A stretch of 28,691 nt of DNA from contig JANKJI020000002.1 in assembly GCA_024626585.2 (NCBI GenBank), forward strand, positions 61,289,456-61,318,146, given 5' to 3'. The translations under genes were made by a program, and so were the position numbers. The notes beneath the pieces are model-generated. The model worked only from the letters and a program-made list of their open reading frames with translations. It was not told the DNA's origin and searched no databases. This document shows, piece by piece, positions 13,170-23,519 of this stretch. This stretch comes from Ginkgo biloba. Taxonomy: Eukaryota > Plantae > Ginkgophyta. Each line of letters opens with the position of its first letter. The stretch's first letter is position 1.

Positions 13170-13769
13170 CTAGTGTTGTGAATAGCGCACGCGTGGATTG
13201 TGGGGTTCGGTAGAATTGGAGTGATCTGCATGAGAAGGGGGTGGATGTTGAATATCTTGTGAATCCCTGTGACGTTTGCGATGAGGTGGCAGAGACTTTT
13301 TCTCCAACGGAATGAAATCCATGTTTGAGTGGGGCAGCCTTCCCAATCCTCCTTGGCGGGCATGACCAAATTCATCTCCTTGCCCTTGAATTCCCCTCGT
13401 CCCACGCCCCCCCCATTGCCTGCCTTCTTGGAATCCACGGTCAAAATCCACACGAATAATTCTGCCGTCAACACGTGTTCCATTTAGCAACTTCACTGCA
13501 TCTCCCGCATCCACTCTTCTGAAATACACGACGAAACAGAACCCACATGGCGTCTTCGTATTCCTGTCCAAACCCATAATTACATTCCTTGTCTCTCCAA
13601 CGCGAGAAAAGAGTTCACAGATTTGCTCTTCGGTTGTGTAGAAAGAGAGGTTCCCAACGTAGACTGTCGCCGACGTGCGGAGTGCAATCTCATATTCTTC
13701 TCGTGTTCCGCTGAACTTGGGATCTCTGTATGCCGATACTTTCTTTGTTTTTTTCAACAGACTTGCCAT
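13170..13769 (-). CDS. CBP20: Nuclear cap-binding protein subunit 2 (CBP20/NCBP2)-like, intronless divergent paralog (probable retrogene), 199 aa
   Basis: Uninterrupted ATG-to-TAG ORF. It matches plant CBP20 along its length: N-terminal MASL..SAYRD..F.GT, RNP2 [31 protein letters not shown] (RNP1), [15 protein letters not shown], and C-terminal HRKRHRD and NPR motifs. No introns, whereas canonical plant CBP20 genes are multi-exon. Confidence 0.93.
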   Translation of the reverse strand: MASLLKKTKKVSAYRDPKFSGTREEYEIALRTSATVYVGNLSFYTTEEQICELFSRVGETRNVIMGLDRNTKTPCGFCFVVYFRRVDAGDAVKLLNGTRVDGRIIRVDFDRGFQEGRQWGGRGTRGIQGQGDEFGHARQGGLGRLPHSNMDFIPLEKKSLPPHRKRHRDSQDIQHPPPSHADHSNSTEPHNPRVRYSQH

Positions 13770-13826
13770 CCCTTTCTCTTTGCCTTTGTGTAGAATTTTA
13801 ACGAATTTATAAAATGATCATAGTTC

Positions 13827-13834
13827 TATTTATA
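13827..13834 (-). promoter_or_regulatory. Candidate TATA box (TATAAATA) of the CBP20-like gene
   Basis: The + strand tatttata reads TATAAATA on minus, 58-65 nt upstream of the ATG. An ACGT-core element (CACGTC on minus, 13845-13850) lies just upstream. The AT-rich background makes chance matches possible. Confidence 0.5.
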
Positions 13835-14689
13835 TGCAAGGAACGACGTGCACTAGGCATGTCCTCTATGTATTGTTCATTAAAATCTAACAATTTCAGT
13901 TAGTTTCACTTGAGTTTATGATTTATTGTTCCTTTCCTTAACGAGGGACATCAAATGTAAGGAATCATATATTGTCCCTTCCCTTAAAGGAGGAACGTTG
14001 GTCCATGAAATTTTGGCAATCTATGTCATTGACATATTGCTAATCTCTGACCTCCTATCTCTAATCTCATTTTCATCTTGCACTTCATCTCGATGTTAGA
14101 TGATAGAAGGGACTTCACAACTTGTGGCTCTTGTTACTATGTTGAAAGTAATAACAATGCTATGTTTTGCAATCTAATTATATATGGAAGATAACTAAAT
14201 TTAATCATGAGCAAGTTAAAATTGAGGAAGGGAGATGAAAAAGACATGAATTGAAGTTGGGTTACCATGTTGTTCATTTTGAAGTGCTTTTGGACTTTGG
14301 GCCCTTGGGACTAGCCGAACCAAGTCATCCTTTTACTCCTCAAAATTTGGGCATCTTAAATAAAATTCCTTCAAACACTAATGATTCAACTTCCTCAAGT
14401 TTTAATTCCCCTTTGCCTAAAATTTTGTTTTAATTGGTACTTCCATTGCCTCTACACCTAGGGATTCTTTGACTTTTATACAATTGGATGACAAAGAAGC
14501 CTTGCTGACCCTAAGGTTTGTAATTGTCAACGACCTTCAATAGTTCTCTCAAGTACTATCTAGTTTTTTTACTTCACCATTTTTTAATATTAACTTAGAA
14601 TAATTGGGGTTTATTCCTTCTCTGATAGAAACCCATCATAAGATCACAAACAAAAATCTGTCATCTATTTTTAGGTTCTTTATATAAAC

Positions 14690-15900
14690 TTAGACCAGAT
14701 GGAGTGCCATGAAAATGTGTTTTACCATATGAAGTCATTACTTCTATTCAACAACACCATGAAGGCTCGACATGAGGCCATGTTGTTAAGGATGCGACAT
14801 GTCGAAAAATCTTGCTAGAAGGACTATGGTGTCCATAAATGTTATTAACATAGAAAAATGGGTGAAGAGTTGTGATGTTTACTAAAGGCAAGCCATATAA
14901 AAGAAATTTCTTCCATTAAAGCCTATTATGGCTCATGCTCCTTTTGAGAAGTGGAGCCTAGATTGTGTTGGGCATTTAAAGCTTGCAACATTAAGGTCCC
15001 AAGCGCGATTCATTATAGTGGCCATGGACATGATCACCAAGTGAGTTCAAGCAAGGGTAGTAAGCCATTGTGATTCCAAGAGCATAGCCAAATTCATTTA
15101 TGAATATATTATTACCCAATTCAGGTGTCCTATAGAGATGGTAATCGACTAGGGAGGAAGATTTTTTAATCACATAATCACGTACCTAACAAAATAATTT
15201 ATAATGATCCATTGGAAGTCATCACCCTATTATCTGTGAGTGAATAGGTAAGTTGAAAGTACCAATAAAGTACTAAAGACTTCCTTAACAAAAAATTATA
15301 ACACCGATAGATTGGATTGGGATGATAAACTATACTTAACATTATGGGCATTTCATACCACACAAAAGAGGGTTCATGGAAGAACACCATTCCAAATGGT
15401 ATATGGGTTAGAGGAAGTAAATTTTTTTGAATTTGTGGTTCTTATTTTACGCATTGTAAGATAGGAGTGGTTGGATGAGCCGAATTCAATACAAGAGAGA
15501 TTGTACTAACTCAACAAATTGGAAGAGGTAAAGTATTGGGCATTATTATCTCAAGAAGTTGAGAAGAAAAGATAAAAGAATTGGCATGATTGACACATAC
15601 ACAACTTACAATTTAGAAGAGGCAAGTTAGTAGTACTATTGTATGGAAACAAGTTTCAGACTCATTCAAGTAAGTTAAAATTCAAATGCCTAGGTCCATA
15701 CATGCTATACAGTATACAAGAAAATGGAGAGTTACAACTCATTTAGTTAAATGGTGTTCGATTGGCGGGTAAGTTAAAATTCAAATGGCTAGGTCCATAC
15801 ATGATATAAGGTATACAAGGAAATGGAGAGTTACAACTCATTTAGTAAAATGGTGTTCGATTGCCAAATGTGGTGAATGGCAGTTGATTGAAAAAGTATT
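14690..15900 (+). mobile_element. Degenerate Athila/Tat-type Gypsy integrase
   Basis: DGVP*KCV, HEGST*GH..TCRKIL..GLW.P, WVKSCDV, PFEKWSLDCVG, FIIVAMD.ITK*VQA, FIYEYIITQF.CP.EMV.D*G, SPYY..VESTNK, DWDDKL..LWAF.T, TPFQMVYG, KLKFKWLGPY, VNGS*LK.Y. This is a different lineage from the 10882-12607 integrase. Confidence 0.9.
15670..15863 (+). repeat. Tandem duplication, 2 x 95 bp, period 99 bp
   Basis: 15670-15764 vs 15769-15863, about 6 mismatches counted by eye. Confidence 0.92.
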
Positions 15901-16399
15901 AATTAGTAGAATTCTTAAGACAATCGATGGAGGAATTTTCAAATGATGACTTCAACAACCGCTTAGAAATAAGTATTGATGACACTAATTACGAAACCCA
16001 ACTAATGGGGCAGTAACTAGTAATGTATGAAGTAATAAAGGCATGACGATGATTTTTTTGAAGTGAGTTACATCGAGCAGGTTACATCATAGGCGACCGC
16101 AGATATTTTTGTAGAGAATTTACAGAGGAGAATTTGGGTTAGAAGCAATCAGACCTATTATTAGCAGCCATCCAACGCGAAAGAGATGGGAATGCAGTTG
16201 CAATTTAAAATCAAGATTCGAGAACATGATCATGCGCATCTCTAGCAGGATTGATAGAAATGGTGTCGGGGAATCTCAGGAAGGTAGCACCTAACGAATN
16301 NNNNNNNNNNNNNNNNNNNNNNNNNNNNNNNNNNNNNNNNNNNNNNNNNNNNNNNNNNNNNNNNNNNNNNNNNNNNNNNNNNNNNNNNNNNNNNNNNNN

Positions 16400-17385
16400 T
16401 GAAATTATACATGACAACTCTATTACATTAGAAACTTGGATTGGAAGAGGAGCATTAAACAAAAAGGGAAATGAGCATCAATAACTCAGGAACTTGCCTG
16501 AGAACTCTACACCTTTTCTTTTGTTTATAATTCTTATACTCTTATTTTTTAAGAACGAAGGAAAACCCAAGTCTAGATTTTTTTATCTTGTGTCTAAATT
16601 TGCTAACACACATTTTATGGTAAATTTAGTATGAATGTCAGAATCCCAAAGTTTTAATATATATTTTTTTGTAAACTTTTCTTAACATTAATTCTGAGTA
16701 GAAAATACCAATAATTTGAGATTATTTACAAAGGTTATGTAATGTATGTAACCTATATTCTATAGAAGGGAGTTTACCCACATGTACATAAATTAACTAT
16801 ATATACCTATGGTGTTTATACTCTTATCCACTCCATAAATTATTTATATATAGATGCATTCTAATAAATTTGAATTCATAATCAAAAGCTTAAAAATATG
16901 ATAAGTTAAATGTAATGATGAACATTTGGTCACGATAATTGAGAAATAAATAATTTATAAAATATTCAATTATACAAAATAATTCTCACTCTACTTTATT
17001 TTAAATCTTTCCTTATCTACCACATATATACAACTACCCACACTCTATTTCTTTAGTCTTTAATTATATTATGTGGACGTCATTACAATATTATATTAAT
17101 CTCTACTTTGTGCTCCATTCATGGCCACATATTCAATATTTGCATTTCTATCATTCGTTGCAATTCACAAAAGAATAATTTTACTTAGTATTTGTAGATG
17201 TGATAACATATAATTCATTTATTTTGTAGGAGAAGGTGAATCGTATGGATGAGTGGCATGTAGTTGTGCCTTGGGGATTTGATAGGCTTCACAAATAGGA
17301 AAGATGAGAACACCCAGGAGATAATGATCACCATAAACATGATGGCCCTTTAGTTGGAGGGTACTTTAAAGAATATATTAATTAA
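16400..17385 (+). repeat. Dispersed repeat copy A
   Basis: Homologous to 18410-18670 and 27370-28255. Shared core tgtctaaatttgctaacacacattttatggtaaattt, plus gatcaccataaa.at.atgg..ctttagttggagg shared with copy C. Confidence 0.85.
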
Positions 17386-18409
17386 TGAGTATATGTGTGT
17401 ATTATTAACAGTGCCATTCAAACATATTTAGACTTGCTCAATCGCCTTCAATATGGATATAATATCACACCACTACCATGTTAGATTGATTGAAAATGGG
17501 CAGCCAATTTCTCTTTTGGCTTTCAATGTGATCGATTGAATCTATGTCGACTCCCCCTTACATGCCATTCCCCATTCAACTGATTATTATTAGTGATGTT
17601 CATTTCACATTACTCATTTCATTATACTACCTTCCCTATCCATGACTAAACACTTGCTACTTAGCTAGTGTCATGTTAAAATATCAAATAAATTGAATCA
17701 ATTTGTCATTACTTCAAATTAATTTCATGACTAACCATGAAAAATGCCATTTATTTAGTCGATACATCAAAATAAGAATGTCAGAGTTGGGAGTGCATCT
17801 TTCCATGAAAATTCTTGAATGACTACAATCTTTTAAAAAAGTTATTAAGGACGAGTGGCATTTCTTTTAACAACTATAAATTATTAAATTCAAACACATT
17901 AATTATCATTCTCCACTGACTCCAAAATTTATTATCATCCCCATCCCCTTTGCATTTGCGGGGAAAGAATTTAGTTATTTTTATTATACATCATATAACA
18001 ACATGCTTTCTAGGAGAGCATCCATTCTAATATGACTTTGTAATTTAAGCACATTTAATGGTGGAATTTTATTTAACAAATATATTTTACCAACTCCTAC
18101 AAGTGTTATATTCAAAGCACTATTATGTTCTCATGTTAGATTGTTATTAAGAAAAATAACACCCTAAATCATCGACATTTATTTACCATATTTTCTTTAC
18201 TTCAAAGTCATAGTCCAAAGCCACTAAAAGTTAAGGGGTAAGGATTAGGTCATATGAATTATATCCACAAGAGAAGGAATATGTTCTATTCCCTATCTCC
18301 ACCTGAGGGGGGATATATCCTCTCTTATTAAAGCCTAAATCCTATGAATAAAGACCTATAATTATAAGTCTAAATCTAGTGCCTAAGGAGGCTAGAATTT
18401 TGATGTGGG

Positions 18410-18670
18410 ATTATACATGAGACTCTTACTGCACTACATGTTGAGATTAGAGGAGGAGCAATTCACAAAAGGGAAAAGGAGCATCATCAACTTGGAAACT
18501 TGCTTAAGAACTCTATGCCTTTTTCTCCCTCTTTATAATTCTTGTACTCTTATATTTAAGAACTAAGGAAAGATTAAGTTTAGATTTTCTAACTTGTGTC
18601 TAAGTTTGCTAACACACATTCAATGTTAAATTTTATATTAAATGTCTAAATCCCATTATCACTAATTTAA
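18410..18670 (+). repeat. Dispersed repeat copy B (LTR-like; may extend left to tgttag at about 18134)
   Basis: attatacatga..gaggagca..aaaagggaaa.gagcatca..aact..aacttgc..agaactcta..tttgctaacacacatt aligns with 16403-16650. Confidence 0.8.
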
Positions 18671-21600
18671 TTTTGTTTACTTGAATCTGGTACTTGGTAT
18701 TCTATTATAGATATTTTCTCAAAATCTTATAGGACATTACTTAGCTTTATAAACCACGACAATAAGACATTATTGGGTGCATGCATGTGTACAAATTAGA
18801 CTCACCTTCTTGCTTTCTTGAATAGTCTCTCCTATAATTCTTCCACCCTATTTTTTAGTTTCACAGTATTCCATTAATCTCTACTCTTACTTTTGATTAA
18901 AAGGTAACATAGGAGTTGTAGTAGAGGAATTGCATTTGTATGTCACAATAGAGCAATGATTATATTAGGGACTTTTATCTCTTGATTATCATTTTAGCAT
19001 AATTTTCTTATTAAAAATTCTCAATTCTTTATTTAATTCCTTATTTTTAAGATCCCACACTATAGGGGACATTTTATGATAAAGAAGCATATGGCTTGTA
19101 CTTAGATTTGATGATATGTAGAGATATTCCTTAAATAGAGTAGTTTACAATCATCAAATGNNNNNNNNNNNNNNNNNNNNNNNNNNNNNNNNNNNNNNNN
19201 NNNNNNNNNNNNNNNNNNNNNNNNNNNNNNNNNNNNNNNNNNNNNNNNNNNNNNNNNNNNATTTACGTTGTTATTCTTTATAATTTTTATTGATTAAGGA
19301 TTAGTATTTCCTTCTTAACATAAGATTTCATATGTAATTTATTTCATATATCATATTTGATCTCTTATGAAGCTTCTTCAAGATTCTATCATACATCTAT
19401 GCCAAGTACTATCAAGAAGAGGCTCGTGAGGTGTAACTCCCCTCTGACCCGAGCTAGGCGATCCTCCACCGTTAAGAAATATATTCAACACCCTTAGTGT
19501 ATATTGAGGGTACCTAATTTACCCTATTTCATTACACATGTAGTGGTTGGGTCATGCATTGTTCTTTATTTTTTTGTCTTTTACTCACATTTTAGAAAGA
19601 CATAAATAATCTACTCACCCTTCACACACTTGTTTAGGTCTCCATAATGACCTTACCTGAATCTCTCCTCAAGATTTAGTTTCTTAGGTCTCTCAAGGTT
19701 CTTATTCACCTCTTATACCTTCATGCATCATAATTTTATATTTTGGATTCTTTTGTTGGGACAATGCCCTACACTTCACACTTCTTGAAGTCATATCCCA
19801 AACATTCACTAGGCCAACTATTGGACCTCATCTAGATTCTTTTTCTTAATCTAGTCCCTTATGCCTTAGGAAAGATCTTCATGATTTCATGAAGGGTTTT
19901 AGTGGGGGTTCAATATAAATTCCTCTCTTTTATATAAGATTTCTATTACCTCTTTTTAAAGAAAAGAACAAATACTAAAATCAATTGCATTCATATTTTA
20001 TTGAGAAAAGGGAAAAGAAAAGGGTGGGTTTTACATTTAAATTTTACTTCCAAATTGTGCATTATCAAGGGAGGGAAATCTCTACATGTTTCTTTTTGCA
20101 ATAGGCACTTCTACACTCTCTCACACATATGGATACACACAAACACACACACACACTTCACATATTGAGGTACAATAGGGAACAACCTTGTACCTCCCAA
20201 CTTTTAGGCCAATCATCTTGTGACTAAGTTGGGAGATAACATCTTCTCTCTATCCTACAACATTTGTGATCATGACACAAGAACATTCCTTATCTTATTA
20301 GAACAAGTAAAAAATACAAGATTGATGAGGGTTTAAACCAACCCCACACTAGAGAACAAGGAAGCTCATCTTGTTACTTATGCTAATCTATAAGGATTAT
20401 AGAAATAGGCTAAGGAGGAGGGTGAATCCTCCCATAAATAAATAGAGAAGGGGAAAGAAAATATTGACTACCTGACCTAAAATAATAAAAATGACACTAT
20501 TGATACACATAAGACTTAGTATTGGAACCTAAAAAATAAATTTCCCTTAATAAGGAAGGAAAAGAAGTTNNNNNNNNNNNNNNNNNNNNNNNNNNNNNNN
20601 NNNNNNNNNNNNNNNNNNNNNNNNNNNNNNNNNNNNNNNNNNNNNNNNNNNNNNNNNNNNNNNNNNNNNATGCAACATAGAAGAGCCATACCTAAAGTAT
20701 ATTTCTAAATATTGCATGTTGTTTATTGATCTAGCATGCCAAATGATGGCCTAAGTGGAATATCATGTGCCTTTAATACACCCATATTAGTAATATAGAG
20801 AATAAACACTATATAATGATAACAAGTGTAACCAACTACATTATAATAATAACTTATGTGTTAACTTTAGTAATAATAGTATATAACCTATGTAATAAGA
20901 TAACCAATTCCATGGAGATATTTCACATACACAATGTTTATGATACCATCCCCAAAGAATGTGAAAAAAAATTATGGGTTGATTGTCATATTTATTATGG
21001 GAATTAGGTCATGTTTTATAAAGAATAATTTTAATGAGTCACATTCCACACTCAATTTTATATGATTATCTTGGTTCCCATACTACTACACGACACTAAC
21101 CTAGTGAAAGAGATTATTCATGTTATAAATATTTATGGATTCTAATATTAATCGATGAATCATCAAGTTCAATACACATTTGGTTGAATAACTATTTATA
21201 ATCCCTAATGATTCTGACCTAATCAATTTAGTTCAAAAGTAGTGATGGTTTGATAATTACAAAAGGGATATGACACTCTCTCCTATAGAGAAGGCCTTAT
21301 CCATATTTAATGAAAATTCCATGGTTAAATTATACCTAATGGAAATCAATAATAGATCCCATAAGGCACTTTCTCTAGGCATCCTTAAGATAGAAAAATC
21401 TTATAACATATGATACATCCTATTTAAGTGGATACATATTATTTATGATATTATCTAGCATGATAGAATGTATAATTTTGTTTTCTATTTTGTCTCATAA
21501 ATTTATGACTAACAATATGTCTGTAAAAGTTATCCATTCTAGATTATTCTACCATGCATCAGTCTTGATGGTATGGCCTTGTTAACCTTTTCCCTACTAA

Positions 21601-21705
21601 ATGGATTAGTTGGTAAGAACTAGGGGGGATAGTCAAATACATACCACCTCTAAACATTCTTCTTTATTCACTCCACTAAGAAAAGAGGAAGCTTGAGTCA
21701 CTTAG

Positions 21706-22230
21706 AAATAAATAATGTGTATGATAAAATTCTTCAATAGAAGGCAAGGCATGATAAGCATCGATCAAACCATCTATTTAAGGTGGGAGATAAAGTGTGG
21801 CTACATCTACCCAAGTAAATATTCCAAGGGAGAAATTTGAATATGAATCATATTCAATATGGCCCATTTTCCATCATTGAGCAAGTGGGATATAATTCCT
21901 TTTGGATATAAACCCATATATGGGTATCCATCCAACTTGTAATGTTGATAGTTTGAATCTCTTTGAACCCTCAATAATGGATGGAGAGGAAGAAGAAAAT
22001 GATGTTGTGATACCACCTCTATAAGAGCTAACTCTAGATGAGAAAAAACTATTGGAAGAGGATGTAATTTTGGAAAGCAAAGACATTGCATCAAAGCATG
22101 GTGCCACTAAGATGTACAAAGTCAGTCAAAAGGGACAAGTACCTCNNNNNNNNNNAAATGGTTCACTAAGGAACAAATCCAAAAGGAATTTCCAAAATTA
22201 AGTAAGAAGATGATGGAGACCACCATCCTT
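21706..22230 (+). mobile_element. Degenerate Gypsy integrase C-terminus (GPF/GPY module plus chromodomain-like tail)
   Basis: KARHDKHRSNHLFKVGDKVWLHL..QYGPFSIIEQVG.NSF..PYMGIHPTCNVDSL.LFEP, followed by EEDVILE..YKV..KG..KWFT..FP, and directly followed by a PPT. Confidence 0.88.
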
Positions 22231-22242
22231 AGAGGGGGAAGG
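22231..22242 (+). other. Polypurine tract (PPT)
   Basis: agagggggaagg lies immediately after the integrase end and 2 nt before a TAATC (degenerate TGATC) LTR start. Confidence 0.75.
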
Positions 22243-22244
22243 TC

Positions 22245-23519
22245 TAATCTAGTTCAAATATAGTGAATAAGAATTATTATGAGCATCATTCTTCATGGCG
22301 GTAGGAGATGATAAATTTTAAGAAGAATCCACCTTATAGGGTTCCCAACATGAGTATCTTAGGTTTTATAGATGTTCTAAGTGAAAATAATGAGTCAATT
22401 TAAGAACCAAATAGTTAGATGGATGGAAAAAAGGTTTGTATGGTTATAGCTAATTATTATAAAAATATGTACATGCTTAAGGATGAAAATTTCCATATTC
22501 ATAAAGTAGACATCAAGACCTTTTCAATAATATCTTATTTTCCAAAAATGGAGTTCGTATGCGAATGTTATGGCCTCGAAAAGATGGCCTATAAAAAATC
22601 CAAAGATACACTATAATTACTTTGTTCCATCACATCTAACATTTATCCATTAGAGTCACACCATTTATCCATCGCTAAGTCATAAAATCACAAGTCACAA
22701 TATTTATCCAATGCATTGCAACATTTATCCATCATGTCGTGATATTTATATACTTCAAATTCATAAAATTATTTCGTTGCACTGTCATGAATTTAGATTA
22801 TTGCACCATCACACTATTTCAACTTTGCACTATCAAACCATGATAACTTCGCACTGTTGCAAGACACTATCCAAAATTGTGCAAAATTATAAAAATTGTC
22901 AAAATAAAAAAATTGAATTGCCACTTTTCTAGAAGATGAAAAGATNNNNNNNNNNNNNNNNNNNNNNNNNNNNNNNNNNNNNNNNNNNNNNNNNNNNNNN
23001 NNNNNNNNNNNNNTAGAATCAAATTTTGAAGGATTTTTGGAGACTTGGTGAGCTATTCTTCTTCTTAAGAAAATAGATTAGAGAGATGGAATTTTTAGCA
23101 AATCAATCTTTTTACCAAGGGAAAGATTGTGATTCTACTAATCATTTCACTTATGATTTCTCTTATTTGTACCAAGCAATATCCTATGAGTATTCCAGTT
23201 TTATTTTTACCTTGTGAATTTTCTAAGATTTAGCTTATGACTCCATATACAAATGTAAGTCAAACCTCATAGAGTAAGCTTATTTTGTGCACTCTAATTT
23301 TCAATCTCATTTTAGATATAAAGATCTATAATTTTTGGAATTTAATTCCATTTCTCAATTTTAATGAAGATAATTTTTCATTTATGANNNNNNNNNNNNN
23401 NNNNNNNNNNNNNNNNNNNNNNNNNNNNNNNNNNNNNNNNNNNNNNNNNNNNNTTAAATCTATTTAATTTTAAGATTTATAGTCTTATTTTCACCATACA
23501 CATTATGGGTTTCAAACCA
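22245..23519 (+). mobile_element. 3' LTR of a Gypsy element
   Basis: Starts after the PPT and ends ...tacacattatgggtttcaaacca, which is homologous to the LTR end at 5445. It contains short internal repeats (atttatcca x4, 22641-22731) and two N gaps. Confidence 0.65.

Noticed and set aside
13130-13483. 117-aa alternative-frame ORF overlapping the CBP20 3' half
   Set aside because: No recognisable homology, and it does not restore the canonical GRSGGQVRDEY motif. It is a likely by-product of the GC-richer sequence.
19261-21700. Additional TE coding relics
   Set aside because: The composition looks TE-derived, but I could not read any diagnostic motif, so it is left unannotated.
22641-22870. 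Regularly spaced short repeats as a CRISPR-like array
   Set aside because: 9-bp motifs with irregular spacing inside a plant LTR, typical of U3 repeats.
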